Both the position numbers and the translations under genes were made by a program. The notes under the pieces were generated by a model, which made no database searches, had not been told where the DNA came from, and saw only the letters and a program-made list of their open reading frames with translations. This document shows, piece by piece, positions 29,504 through 40,109 of a DNA stretch of 64,000 nucleotides (positions are counted from its first letter, which is position 1; every line of letters begins with the position of its first letter). Source of the stretch: an uncultured Candidatus Rokubacteria bacterium (GTDB taxonomy: Bacteria; Methylomirabilota; Methylomirabilia; Rokubacteriales; CSP1-6); contig CAVWFS010000015.1 of assembly GCA_963754315.1 (NCBI GenBank), forward strand, positions 160,001 to 224,000. Direction: 5' to 3'.

Positions 29504-30523
29504 TCAGTCTAGTCGGTAGAACCGTCGCGCGTTGGCGCCCAGCACGTGACGCTTCTGCTCGTCGCTGAGATCGGGACGTTCCGCCAGCTCCTTCACCGAC
29601 TTTGGATAGCTGTGATCCCAGTGCGGGAAGTCGGAGGCGTACATGATGCGGTCGGCTCCCACGTAGGCGAGCGCCTGGGGGAGGAGCGGTTCGTCAGCCT
29701 CGCACGAAAAGTAGATGCTCCCCTGGCGCACGTACTCGGTCGGAGACTTCCGGAGGCGCACGGCTTCCACGTGCCCACGCTTCTCGTACTCCTCGTCCAT
29801 GCGTTGCAGGAAGAAGGGAACCCAGCCCGAACCCGCCTCCAGGTAGGCGATGGTGAGGTCGGGGAAGCGCTCCGGGACACCCTCGAAGATCATCGAGGTG
29901 ATCTGACGGAGCTGGGCGAAAACATGCGAGCACGTGTGAGCCTGGATGAACTTGGGGAAGGGCTCGTGGCCGGCCGCGCCCATGTCGGTTCCCGCCGCAT
30001 GCACGCCGAGGGGCACCCGCAGGCGCTGTGCCGCCGCGTAGATCGGGTCGAAGCGAGCGTGACCGAGCAGAAAGTAGCTATCGGCGGAGACCATGCCTCC
30101 CACGAACCCGAGCTCCTGCACCGCGCGCTCCAGCTCGCGCGCCGCCGCGGGCGGATCCTGCAGCGGCAGGAGCGCGACACCCTTCAGGCGCGGGCTCTGA
30201 CTGGTCACGTCCGCATGAAGCATGCTGTTGTAGGCGCGACACAGGGCTACCGCCCACTCGGCGTCTCGCAGAAAGGGCATGAAGAGGCCAAGGGTCGGGT
30301 ACAGCACTGCCAGGCTCATCCCGCCCGCGTCGAGCGCCTCCACCCAGGCAGCACCGTCACCCGCCCAGTTTCCCTTCGTCCCCATCAGCCGGCGGTCCCA
30401 GCCATCCTGCGGGAAGAACGGCGTGAGGTGCGATCGGCCGCGGTAGGGCGGTTGCAGGTGGCGCGCGATCTGCTCCCAGGTTTCCGTCACATGACCGTCG
30501 GCATCGATGATCTCGAAGTTCAT
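29504..30523 (-). CDS. Amidohydrolase-2 family protein
   Basis: IDADGH, LYPT, LEAGSGW, YASDFPHWD. Confidence 0.9.
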   Translation of the reverse strand: MNFEIIDADGHVTETWEQIARHLQPPYRGRSHLTPFFPQDGWDRRLMGTKGNWAGDGAAWVEALDAGGMSLAVLYPTLGLFMPFLRDAEWAVALCRAYNSMLHADVTSQSPRLKGVALLPLQDPPAAARELERAVQELGFVGGMVSADSYFLLGHARFDPIYAAAQRLRVPLGVHAAGTDMGAAGHEPFPKFIQAHTCSHVFAQLRQITSMIFEGVPERFPDLTIAYLEAGSGWVPFFLQRMDEEYEKRGHVEAVRLRKSPTEYVRQGSIYFSCEADEPLLPQALAYVGADRIMYASDFPHWDHSYPKSVKELAERPDLSDEQKRHVLGANARRFYRLD

Positions 30524-30615
30524 CGCGTCTCCTCGGTTTCTTCGAGGCTGACACCTCGAGGGGCGGACGTCTACGGCAGGCTAGCGTACTACGATCGCCG
30601 CGCGGAAGAATGCCG

Positions 30616-32001
30616 CTAGCGACGGAGGGGTTCTCCGATCGCGCTCCAGTACGGCAGCGCTACCGTCAGCACGACCAGAGCCGCCAGCAAGGTCATCCAG
30701 AGACCGAAGCGGAAGATCTCCGGGGCGCTGAGATGGCCTCGCTGATACACCACCAGAGAGGAGGCGCTCTGGGCAGGGTAGTAGAGGACGGCGTCCCCGG
30801 CGATCGTCACCACCAGCCCGCAGACGAGGGGGCTCAGACCGGTCGCGGTCGCGATGGACATGGCGACGGGAATGGTGGTGGCGAGAAAGCCAGTGATGTT
30901 GGGGATCACCAGCCGGATGACGGCGGCCGCCACGAGCAAGGTGACCACCACCAGGAGCGGGCTGCGCGCGAGCGAAGGGGTCGTGTTGACAACGAGGGCC
31001 GCCAGCCACGCGCTCGCCCCACTGCTGACGAGGGCCTGGGCCAGCGAAAGCGAGGAGGCGATGACGAAGAAGTTGGCCCAGCCGACGCCGCGCTCGAAGT
31101 CGTTCCACGACAGGACGCCAACGACCGGGGCGAGCAGACAGACCCAGGCCAGCATGGCGGGCAAGGCTGGGTGGAGCGCATCGGTCAGCCAGAGCAGCGA
31201 TGCCCCCGCCGTGATGATGGCAGTCCGCCATTCGACCGGCGAGAGGGGCTTCTCGTTTGCCTCCGGCGTCAGGGGCAGCGAAGCCTCGAATCCCCTCCGG
31301 TAGCGCAGATAGATCAGTCCGGCTCCTGCCACCAGCAACACCCCGTAGGGAACGCTCATCAACACGAACCAGCGCGGCCAGGAAATACCGCCGATCAATC
31401 CCGCAGCCACGATAGGCGTGATGCCGCCGGTCAGGAGCACGGTGGAGGCCAGGCGATTTATCGAGTTCAAGGCCATCATGACCGCCCGGGCGAGCGGTGC
31501 CCCTGGCGGCACGCCGCTCAGCTCGAGGGCCTGGTCGTACACGTGAACGAGAATGCCCGTGCGGGTGGTGGCCGAAGGCAGCAGCAGGGTGAGAAGGGGG
31601 AAGGCTGCCAGCAATTGCAGATACAGCGTGCGCGGTCGACCCCGGCAGCCGCGCAGGAACAGGTGCGCCACGCGCTCGGCCAGACCGCTTCGCTGTACGG
31701 CGAGCCCGATCGTCAGCACGCCGATGAGGAAATAGACGACCGGGTCCGCGAATCCCGCCAGGGCGGCAGACACGTCGGGTACCGCGCCCAGGAGCACAAG
31801 GGCCACGACCACGACGATACCGGTGACCCCGGCCGGAAGGGCTTCGCTGCCCCACAGGCCAACGGCCAACGCGGTCACCGCTAACACACGCTGACCGGCC
31901 AACGGCAGTCCGGCCGGTGTGGGCACGGCGAGCAGCACCGCGCAGGCCGCCGCCGCCACGGCCGCGCCCGCGAGCGAGCGGTGACGACCCTCGCTTCGCA
32001 T
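30616..32001 (-). CDS. SLC13/DASS family anion transporter
   Basis: LWGSEALP, GFADP, SGLAERVA, LLPSATTR; start uncertain (32001 or 32061). Confidence 0.82.
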   Translation of the reverse strand: MRSEGRHRSLAGAAVAAAACAVLLAVPTPAGLPLAGQRVLAVTALAVGLWGSEALPAGVTGIVVVVALVLLGAVPDVSAALAGFADPVVYFLIGVLTIGLAVQRSGLAERVAHLFLRGCRGRPRTLYLQLLAAFPLLTLLLPSATTRTGILVHVYDQALELSGVPPGAPLARAVMMALNSINRLASTVLLTGGITPIVAAGLIGGISWPRWFVLMSVPYGVLLVAGAGLIYLRYRRGFEASLPLTPEANEKPLSPVEWRTAIITAGASLLWLTDALHPALPAMLAWVCLLAPVVGVLSWNDFERGVGWANFFVIASSLSLAQALVSSGASAWLAALVVNTTPSLARSPLLVVVTLLVAAAVIRLVIPNITGFLATTIPVAMSIATATGLSPLVCGLVVTIAGDAVLYYPAQSASSLVVYQRGHLSAPEIFRFGLWMTLLAALVVLTVALPYWSAIGEPLRR

Positions 32002-32073
32002 CTGCTCACGATCCCGCGCGGCCGCTGGCTCGCCGTGCGGAATCCGCTCGGGAGATCTCAAGGGTTGCCTCTC

Positions 32074-32965
32074 CTAGAACTGCAGGACTATCACGCCGGC
32101 AATGGTGACGAGAATCCCCAGAACGGCGCCCAGCGACAGGCGTTCATGCAAGAAGATAACGCCGAGGGGAATGGCAAACATCGGGGCCACGGACGAGAGG
32201 ATACTGCCGATGGCCACCCCGGCGTACTTGATGCCCGCCACGTACATCACGGAGCTGAACACCGTGAGCAGTGAGAGGAGAGCCATGCGGACCACGAGCC
32301 CCTGGCCGCCCTCCACGAGTTGCCTCACCGCCCCTCGCGCCCACGGGGTAATCCAGAGCAAGGCCGCAGCGACCGGAAGGCGCACGCCCTGAATGGCCGC
32401 CGCGTCCATTTCCTGCAAGGGTGTCTTCATCAGGATGGGCGCGATCCCCCACGCCAGGGAGGCGAGAGCCGCCGCCGCCACGCCCAGCCGATAGTGCTCA
32501 TGGCGCTCCGCCCTGGGCTGGCCGCCGGAGATGATGAGAACGACACCGGCCAAGGTCAGGGCGCCCCCGATCACCACCCACATCGTGATCGCCTCGCCGA
32601 GCACGAGGGCGGCCAGAACGGTGGTGATCAGCGGATAGCTGGTGGCGATGGTCATGGCGGCGGCCAGGCCCACCATGCGGCTACTCTCGAAGAAGAAATT
32701 GTCGCCGACACCCACGGCGATCGCGATGGACAGCGCGAGCAGGCCGAACGTCGTCGCCGACATGGAGGTCATGACGCTGACCCCGTCGACAACCACCACC
32801 CACCCGAGCAGCACAACACCAGCCACGGTCGAGCGGATGGCATTGATCGACTACAGAAGTGAGAGGCGGCTGAAGCGTGCGGGCGAGCATGCTCGTCACG
32901 GCCCACATGAAGGCCGAGCCCAGCGCGCACAGAGCGCCGACGCTCGGTTCGGCCAGGAGGTTCAC
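32074..32965 (-). CDS. DMT/EamA family transporter; frameshift near 32850
   Basis: [10 protein letters not shown]-terminus in ORF 32681..32965; rest of the duplicated EamA (SYPLIT, LGEAIT, LHERLS) in ORF 32074..32826. Confidence 0.85.
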
Positions 32966-33038
32966 GCCTCGATTCTACGGGAGGCGAGGACAACCCGGTC
33001 ACCTGACCATCGCGCTAAGATGCGGGCGGGAGGATCCC

Positions 33039-33836
33039 ATGGATTACGCTGACTACCAGCATCTGACGTTCGACCTCAAGCCCAACGGCGTCCTGCGCAT
33101 CACGATCAACCGTCCCGAGGTTCTCAACGCCACCAACGCGCGGCTGCACTGGGAGCTGACCCAGGTGTGGGGGACCATTGATGCCGATTCCAAAACCCGC
33201 GTTGCCCTTATCACGGGCGCCGGCAAGGCGTTCTCCGCCGGGGGAGACCTGGGCCTGGTCGAGGAGATCTTCACGAACCCCGCTGCCGTGTCACGCACCA
33301 TGCGCGAAGCCAGCGATCTCGTCTACAACATGATCAACCTCGACAAGCCGGTCGTCTCCGCCATCAACGGGGTGGCGGTGGGGGCCGGTCTGGTGGTGGC
33401 GCTCCTGGCCGATGTCAGCATCATCGCGGAAACAGCCCGCCTCACCGACGGTCACACGCGGCTCGGCGTGGCGGCGGGAGATCACGCGGCCATCATCTGG
33501 CCGCTCCTGTGCGGGATGGCCAAGGCCAAGTACTACCTGCTCACCTGTGACTTCATCGATGGCCGTGAGGCCGAGCGTATCGGGCTGGTAAGCCTGTGCG
33601 TGCCGCCGGACCAGCTCATGGCACGGGCCTCCGATGTCGCCGAACGCCTGGCCAGCGGCGCCCAGTACGCCGTGCGCTACACCAAGCGCGCGCTGAATAA
33701 CTGGCTTCGCCAGGCGGGCCCCATCTTCGATCAGTCCCTGGCTCTGGAAATGCTCAGCTTCGGGCACGAGGACGTCCGCGAGGGCGTGCGCGCTCTGCGC
33801 GAGAAGCGCCCGCCGCGCTTTCCCTCTGCGCGTTGA
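33039..33836 (+). CDS. Enoyl-CoA hydratase/isomerase family protein
   Basis: [32 protein letters not shown]. Confidence 0.92.
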   Translation: MDYADYQHLTFDLKPNGVLRITINRPEVLNATNARLHWELTQVWGTIDADSKTRVALITGAGKAFSAGGDLGLVEEIFTNPAAVSRTMREASDLVYNMINLDKPVVSAINGVAVGAGLVVALLADVSIIAETARLTDGHTRLGVAAGDHAAIIWPLLCGMAKAKYYLLTCDFIDGREAERIGLVSLCVPPDQLMARASDVAERLASGAQYAVRYTKRALNNWLRQAGPIFDQSLALEMLSFGHEDVREGVRALREKRPPRFPSAR

Positions 33837-33845
33837 CGGTGACCC

Positions 33846-34841
33846 TCAGCGCGCCGCGATCTCCCGCCAGAAGGGGCCGATCTCCGTCCCGATGCGCGTG
33901 AGCTGCTCGAGCAGGCTGGCGTCGGGCGGGACCACCGCCACTGGGGTGTCCAGGCCGGCTTCGGCCCAACGCGCGAGCGCCATCCGGCACTCCTGAGGCG
34001 TTCCGACAATGCTTGTGCTGTCAATCATGGCCTCCGTCACCAGATGACTGGCCGGGCGTCCGGCCAGCACGGCCTCACGGATCGCGATGGTTGCTTCTTC
34101 CGCGATCCCGGCGTCTCGCAGAATCGACTGGCCATGGAGGAATGCCAGATACCGCCCGAGAAATGGCCTGATCGCGTGGCGCGCCCGCTCGCCGTCGGCG
34201 TCGATCAGCATCGGCATGTACGCCGCGAGGGTGAACGGGCGCTGCCGCTCGGCCGTGCTGGCGCGGATCCGTCGCACATGGCCGGGTGACGAAAGAATCG
34301 AGCAGAGCACACCGTCGGCGATTTCCCCGGCCATCGTGACCGCCCTTTGACCCTTCACTCCGAGGAGGATGGGCAGGGTCGTCTGAGCCGGCGTGAAATC
34401 GAGCTTGACCCTCTCGAGCGTGAAGGAGCTCCCCGCGTAGCTGAGGCGCTCTCCGGACCAGAGGCGTCGGACGATCTCGACGGACTCGCGCAGAGCCTGC
34501 AGAGGCGCCGTGAACGGGATGCCCATCTGGTCGCGGATCCACCCCGGATTGCTGGTGCCAAGGCCGAGAATGATTCGCCCGGGAGCCAGGCCGGCAAGCG
34601 TCCCCGTCTCCATGGCCAGGACGGCAGGATGGCGCGTGAACGGATTCACCACACCAAGGCCGATGGCCACCCGTTCGGTGACGGCGGCGGCGGCCCCGGC
34701 CAGGGCATAGGCGCCGGGCTGAAAGTAGTCCTCGATGAACCACACGCTGCCGAGCCCCGCCCGCTCGGCAGCCCGAGCCCACTGGGTCACCAAACGAGGA
34801 CTGCGAGGACCGATGAGGGCAATCCCGGGACTGGTCAGCAT
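33846..34841 (-). CDS. LLM-class flavin/F420-dependent oxidoreductase (Mer-like)
   Basis: AERAGLGSVWFIED, VNPFTRHP, GRIILGLG, AGEIADG. Confidence 0.88.
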   Translation of the reverse strand: MLTSPGIALIGPRSPRLVTQWARAAERAGLGSVWFIEDYFQPGAYALAGAAAAVTERVAIGLGVVNPFTRHPAVLAMETGTLAGLAPGRIILGLGTSNPGWIRDQMGIPFTAPLQALRESVEIVRRLWSGERLSYAGSSFTLERVKLDFTPAQTTLPILLGVKGQRAVTMAGEIADGVLCSILSSPGHVRRIRASTAERQRPFTLAAYMPMLIDADGERARHAIRPFLGRYLAFLHGQSILRDAGIAEEATIAIREAVLAGRPASHLVTEAMIDSTSIVGTPQECRMALARWAEAGLDTPVAVVPPDASLLEQLTRIGTEIGPFWREIAAR

Positions 34842-34894
34842 GGCTCGGTCCCCGCATTCTAGAATGAACGCAGGACCGCCGAGGAGGCAGCACC

Positions 34895-35746
34895 GTGGAC
34901 ACCAGCGCGACGGGAGGCCAGGTACAGGCACGAGTACTCACCGCACTTGGACGGGCCATGGGCCGCTTCTCGATGCTCCGTCCGGGCGATCGCGTCGCCG
35001 TCGGGGTGTCAGGCGGCAAGGACAGTCTTTGCCTCTTGCACGCGCTGGTGACTCATCGCCAGCGTGCTCCCTTTCCCTACGAGCTGACGGCGGTGACGAT
35101 CGAGCAGGGCAAGTTCACGGCGCCGATCCAGGCGTTGAGACCACAGATCGAGCGACTCGGGGTGCCGTGGGTGCTTCGCGAGGAGCCGGCGACCCTGGGG
35201 CTCGTGCGAGAGGGTGTGGTACACGGGTGCGACGTGTGCAGTCGGCACCGGCGCCGCGCACTCTATCAGGTCGCCGACGAGCTGGGATGCACGGTGCTGG
35301 CCCTGGGTCACACCGCCGATGACTGCGCGGAGGCCCTCCTGCGCAACATCTTCTTCAACGGCCGCATCGCCTCACTGCCGCCCGTGGCGGTCTCCCGTAA
35401 GGGCGCCTTGCGTCTGATCCGTCCCCTCGTCCTCGTGAGCGAGGCGCTCACCGTGGCCTATGCGCGCGAGTCGGGTTTCCGGGCCGTCGGCTGTGTGTGT
35501 GGCGAGAAGGAGAGTGTCAGGCGCGAGATCCGGTCCCTGCTCGATGGGCTCCGGCGCGGACATCCTGGCGTCCTGGAGTCGATCGCGGCCGCCCTCGGCA
35601 ACGTCAACCCCTACACGCTCTTCGACCCCAAGCTGTCGAGGGAAGGTGGCGACCCCGCCCCTGCGTTCGCCGAACGAGACGAACTTGTAGGGTCCGGTCG
35701 CGCACGATGGTTGAGCGTAAACGAGGATCCTCCGGACGTCGTCTAA
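34895..35746 (+). CDS. ttcA: tRNA 2-thiocytidine biosynthesis TtcA-like PP-loop protein
   Basis: SGGKDS PP-loop, CDVCSRHRR, ALGHTADD, LIRPL, CVC. Confidence 0.8.
   Translation: MDTSATGGQVQARVLTALGRAMGRFSMLRPGDRVAVGVSGGKDSLCLLHALVTHRQRAPFPYELTAVTIEQGKFTAPIQALRPQIERLGVPWVLREEPATLGLVREGVVHGCDVCSRHRRRALYQVADELGCTVLALGHTADDCAEALLRNIFFNGRIASLPPVAVSRKGALRLIRPLVLVSEALTVAYARESGFRAVGCVCGEKESVRREIRSLLDGLRRGHPGVLESIAAALGNVNPYTLFDPKLSREGGDPAPAFAERDELVGSGRARWLSVNEDPPDVV
35717..35746 (+). promoter_or_regulatory. ECF-sigma-type promoter upstream of Spy/CpxP-like gene
   Basis: GTAAAC-17 nt-CGTCTAA (AAC/CGT ECF signature). Confidence 0.45.
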
Positions 35747-35784
35747 GGTCGTAGAACGAATGTTCCTCGGAGGAGGAAAGGGTC

Positions 35785-36216
35785 ATGGTCACACACGGAT
35801 TGACACGGGGCCTCGCAGCAATGGTGGGAGGCATGTGTTTGCTTGCGATCGCCAGTCAGGCGACCGCTCACGATCGCATGGAACGCCTCAAGGATCACCT
35901 CAGCCTGACCGACGCACAGGTGACGGCGATTCGGGAGGTTTTCGCCGACGATAAGCCGGCGCAAGGTCAGGTCTACCAGGCTCTGCGCCAAGCGCAGGGC
36001 GAGCTCCGTCAGCTCGCGCTCAATGGCGCCGAGGAGGCCGTTCTTCAGCAGAAGACCGCGGAGATCGCGGCGCTGATGAGCCAGGATCTCCAGCTGCGCG
36101 TCCAGCGCATGCAGAAGATCGGGGTGATCCTCACCCCTGAACAGCGCGTGAAGTTCGCTCAGCTCCGAGATGGCCGGCCGCGCATGATGAAGGGCGGCGC
36201 GCCGAGAAGTTCCTAG
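35785..36216 (+). CDS. Spy/CpxP-like periplasmic protein
   Basis: Signal peptide; LTDAQ and LTPEQ (LTxxQ) motifs. Confidence 0.82.
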   Translation: MVTHGLTRGLAAMVGGMCLLAIASQATAHDRMERLKDHLSLTDAQVTAIREVFADDKPAQGQVYQALRQAQGELRQLALNGAEEAVLQQKTAEIAALMSQDLQLRVQRMQKIGVILTPEQRVKFAQLRDGRPRMMKGGAPRSS

Positions 36217-36225
36217 GACAGCGCG

Positions 36226-36259
36226 TCGGCCGGGGGCTCCCGCGGGAGCCCCCGGCCGA
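36226..36259. terminator. Perfect 34-bp palindrome; hairpin or terminator-like element
   Basis: TCGGCCGGGGGCTCCCGCGGGAGCCCCCGGCCGA is its own reverse complement; 9 nt after the stop; no long U-tract. Confidence 0.55.
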
Positions 36260-36328
36260 GTTCTCGCAGCACCCCCGAAAACCGGCACGCTTGACGGAGC
36301 TGCCGGGCCGCCCTCAGAGTAGGCTCGC

Positions 36329-36652
36329 GTGGCGCACGCTCAGTCGCCGTTTTTGTACCTGACCACCACGGGCCGCCGGACCGGACTGCCGCGTGAGATC
36401 GAGATCTGGTTCACGAGCCGGCGCGGACGCTACTATCTCGTGGCCGAGCAGGGTGAGCGTGCGAACTGGGTGCGGAACATCCGGGCTGAACCTCGCGTGC
36501 GCTTTCGCGTCAACGGACGGACCCATCGTGGTCACGCTCGGGTCGTGGCGGCGCGCGCAGATCCGGTCCTCGCCGCCGCCGTTCGGCGTCTCTCCGAGAA
36601 AAAGTACGGCTGGGGTCGCGGCTTGGTCGTCGAGCTGGTCGGCGTAGAATAG
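36329..36652 (+). CDS. Deazaflavin (F420)-dependent nitroreductase family protein
   Basis: LYLTTTGRRTGLPR, ANWVRNIRAEPRV. Confidence 0.85.
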   Translation: MAHAQSPFLYLTTTGRRTGLPREIEIWFTSRRGRYYLVAEQGERANWVRNIRAEPRVRFRVNGRTHRGHARVVAARADPVLAAAVRRLSEKKYGWGRGLVVELVGVE

Positions 36653-36668
36653 ACGAGCGGACCCGGCC

Positions 36669-37796
36669 ATGCCCAGAACGGTCCTCGACATCCCATTCCA
36701 GGTCGAACACCTGTCGATCCTCGACAGCGACGGCAACCTCGATACCGCACTCGAGCCCGAGATCGCGCCCACCACGCTGCAGGCCATGTACCGCAGCATG
36801 CTCGTGGGCCGCCGTCTTGATGAGCGGATGGTCCGCTTGCAGCGCCAGGGTCGCATCGGGACCTTTGCCCCCATCAAGGGGCAGGAGGCGTCCCAGGTCG
36901 GCAGCGCCTTCGCCATCAGGCCTCAGGACTGGATGGTGCCTTCCTTCCGCGAGACGGCGGCCATGGTCCAGCGGGGCTGGCCCATCGAGCGAATACTGGC
37001 CTTCTTCGCGGGCTATCTGGAGGGTGGCCAGCCCGGACCCGAGCAGCGCGACCTTCCGATCGCCATCCCGGTGGCCACCCAGCTCCCGCACGCGGTGGGC
37101 CTCGCCTACGCGGCGCAGTATCGCGGTGACGACGCCGTGGTCATGGTGTACTTCGGTGACGGCGCCACCTCAGAGGGCGACTTCCACGAGGCAGCGAACT
37201 TCGCGGGCGTGTGGGGATTGCCGGTCGTGTTCGTCTGTCAAAACAACCAGTGGGCCATCTCGGTGCCGCTCAAGAAGCAGACCCACTCGCGCACCCTCGC
37301 CCAGAAGGCGCTTGCCTACGGCTTCCCCGGTCTGCAGGTGGATGGTAACGACGTGCTCGCCGTGTTTGCGGCGAGCCGCGAGGCGGTGGAGCGCGCCCGC
37401 GCCGGGGCCGGGCCCACGCTCATCGAATGCGTGACGTACCGGCTCGCCATGCACACGACGGCCGACGATCCGAGCAAGTACCGGGCGGAGGAGGAGGTCA
37501 GAGCGTGGGAGCGCAAGGACCCGCTCAGCCGCTTCAGCGCATATCTGCAAAAGCGGAATCTTCTCGACGACGGACTGGAGGCGACCATCGACACGGAGAT
37601 CGCGGCGGCCGTGCGGCGCTTCGAGGACATGCCGCCTCCCGACCCGCTGGTGATGTTCGACCACGCCTACGCGGAGCTGCCGGCCCATCTGGTCGCCCAG
37701 CGCCAGGAGGTGGCGGAGCGGCAGCCGGTGGCGCCTGACGTCGTTCCGGAGCAGCCGGCAGCGCCCATGCGAGGCCAGCGATTGACCCGGCGATGA
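36669..37796 (+). CDS. pdhA: Pyruvate/2-oxoacid dehydrogenase E1 alpha
   Basis: LQRQGRIG, GQEA, FGDGATSEGDFHE...NNQWAIS, HTTADDP. Confidence 0.92.
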   Translation: MPRTVLDIPFQVEHLSILDSDGNLDTALEPEIAPTTLQAMYRSMLVGRRLDERMVRLQRQGRIGTFAPIKGQEASQVGSAFAIRPQDWMVPSFRETAAMVQRGWPIERILAFFAGYLEGGQPGPEQRDLPIAIPVATQLPHAVGLAYAAQYRGDDAVVMVYFGDGATSEGDFHEAANFAGVWGLPVVFVCQNNQWAISVPLKKQTHSRTLAQKALAYGFPGLQVDGNDVLAVFAASREAVERARAGAGPTLIECVTYRLAMHTTADDPSKYRAEEEVRAWERKDPLSRFSAYLQKRNLLDDGLEATIDTEIAAAVRRFEDMPPPDPLVMFDHAYAELPAHLVAQRQEVAERQPVAPDVVPEQPAAPMRGQRLTRR

Positions 37797-37812
37797 GCCG
37801 CGAGCGAGTGCC

Positions 37813-38793
37813 ATGGCCAAACTGAACATGGTCAAGGCCCTCAATCTCGCCCTCATGCAGGAGATGCAGCGCGACACCGACGTCGTGATCATCGGGGAGG
37901 ACGTGGGCGTGGACGGTGGTGTGTTCCGGGTCACCGACGATCTGCAGCGCACGTTCGGCAGCCAGCGGGTCATCGACAGCCCGCTGGCGGAGGCGGCCAT
38001 CGTGGGTGCCTCGGTCGGCATGGCCCTCTACGGTCTTCGGCCCGTGTGCGAGATCCAGTTCTCGGGTTTCGCCTTCCAGTGCTTCCATCAGATCGAGAAC
38101 CACGCTGCCCGCTACCGCATGCGCTCGCAAGGGCGCTTTCACTGCGCCCTGGTCATCCGCATGCCGTTCGGCGGCGGCGTGCGTGCCCTCGAGCACCACT
38201 CGGAATCCGAGGAGCAGTTCTACGCGCACATCCCCGGCCTCAAGATGGTCATCCCGTCTGGCCCCCGCAACGCACGAGCCCTGCTCGTCTCGGCCATTCG
38301 CGATCCAGACCCGGTGATCTTCTTCGAGGCGAAGGCCCTCTATCATGCCGCGCGGGAGGAGGTGCCGGACGAGGCGGAGGCGCTGCCCCTCGGCCGAGCC
38401 CAGGTGGCGCGTGAGGGGCGCGACCTCACTTTCATCACCTATGGTGCCATGCTGCGTGTGGCCCGCGAGGCGGCCGAGACCCTCAAGGACGAGGACGGCG
38501 TGGAGGCAGAGATCATCGATCTGCTCACCATCTCTCCCCTCGACCGCGAGACGATCACTGCCTCCGTGCGGAAGACTGGCCGTGCCGTGATCGTCCACGA
38601 GGCACCCCGCAGCTTCGGTGTCGGGGCCGAGATCGCGACGAGCCTCATGGAGGGGTGCTTCCTTTCCCTGGAGGCGCCCATCAAGCGGGTCACCGCCTAT
38701 GACGTGCCCTTCGTCGGTTTCGCGCGTGAGCGCGCCAACGTTCCCGACGCGCCGCGCGTTCTTGCCGCCGCCCGCGAGACCTTGGCCTTCTGA
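37813..38793 (+). CDS. pdhB: Pyruvate/2-oxoacid dehydrogenase E1 beta
   Basis: GEDVGVDGGVFRVT, EIQF, EHHSES, KTGRAVIVHEA. Confidence 0.93.
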   Translation: MAKLNMVKALNLALMQEMQRDTDVVIIGEDVGVDGGVFRVTDDLQRTFGSQRVIDSPLAEAAIVGASVGMALYGLRPVCEIQFSGFAFQCFHQIENHAARYRMRSQGRFHCALVIRMPFGGGVRALEHHSESEEQFYAHIPGLKMVIPSGPRNARALLVSAIRDPDPVIFFEAKALYHAAREEVPDEAEALPLGRAQVAREGRDLTFITYGAMLRVAREAAETLKDEDGVEAEIIDLLTISPLDRETITASVRKTGRAVIVHEAPRSFGVGAEIATSLMEGCFLSLEAPIKRVTAYDVPFVGFARERANVPDAPRVLAAARETLAF

Positions 38794-40096
38794 TGCCGCG
38801 CGCGTTCGTCTTGCCTGACCTGGGCGAGGGGTTGACCGAAGCCGAGATCGTCAAGGTTCTCGTCAAGGAGGGAGATCTGGTCGGCGAGGACACGCCGCTG
38901 CTGGAAGTGGAGACCGACAAGGCGCAGGTCGAGATCCCTTCGCCCCTGAGTGGACGCGTCCTCACCATCCACGTGGAGCCTCATCAAACGGTGAAAGTCG
39001 GTGCGGTCCTGGTGACCTTCGCCGACGCCGAGGAGAGCACGAGCCCGGCGGCCCGAAACCCGGGGCCACGCCGGCCGCTCCCGCCTCGCGGGCTCCAGCC
39101 GCGACCATACCGCCCGCGGCGGCCGAACCACATCGGGGGCCGGTACCCGCCGCCCCCGCCACGAGGCGTCTGGCCCGTGAGCTTCGCGTCGATCTCCGCC
39201 TCGTACGTGGCACAGGTTCCGGTGGGCGCGTGACCGACGACGACGTCCGCGCCGCGGCCGCGCGGCCTGACTCCCCAGCTCCGCTGACCTCGCCGCCAGC
39301 CGCGGAGCGCGCCAAGCCGACCGAGCCTTCCGCGGTGGCCAAGCCGCTGACGGTGAGTCTCGATGTCCCGCCTCTGCCACGGTTCGAGCAGTGGGGCCCG
39401 GTGGAGCGCCAGCCGCTCTCACATCTGCGGCGCACCATCGCCGAGCGCATGACCTTGTCGGCCACGGTCATCCCTCACGTGACCCACTTCGATCGCGCCG
39501 ATATCACCGAGCTCGAGGCCATCATTGCCCGCAACCTCGAGCCGGCCCGCGCCCACGGCGTGATCCTCACCCTGACCAGCTTCCTGCTCAAGGCGCTCGC
39601 TCTGGCCCTCCGCGAACACCCCCAGTTCAACGCGAGCCTCGACGGGGCAACCGGCGAGATGATCCTGAAGCGCTACTACCATCTGGGGGTGGCGGTGGCC
39701 ACCGAGCGCGGCCTCATCGTGCCGGTCATCCGCGACGTCGACCGGAAGCCCATCCGCGAGCTGGCTGGTGAGCTGGCCGCGCTGGCCACGCGGGTCCGGG
39801 AGGGCAAGGCCACCCTTGACGACCTGCGCGGAGGGACGTGCACCATCACCAATCTTGGTGCCCTCGGTGGCACCGGGGCCATTCCTATCATCAACTATCC
39901 CGAGGTCGCCATTCTCGGCGTCGCCCGTGGACGCCTCGAGCCGGTCGTGCGCGAAGGCCAGATCGTTCCCCGGATGCTGCTGCCGCTCTCGCTGACCTTC
40001 GATCATCGGGTGGCGGACGGGGTCGACGGCGCCCGCCTGGCCGCGGCCATCATCACTCGTCTCGAGCACCCCGAGCAGCTCCTGCTCGAGCTGTGA
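38793..40096 (+). CDS. pdhC: Dihydrolipoamide acyltransferase E2; frameshift near 39050
   Basis: Lipoyl VETDKA; E3-binding PATRRLARE...GTGSGGRVT in the shifted frame; catalytic DHRVADG. Confidence 0.9.
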
Positions 40097-40109
40097 CCAG
40101 CCTGACACC

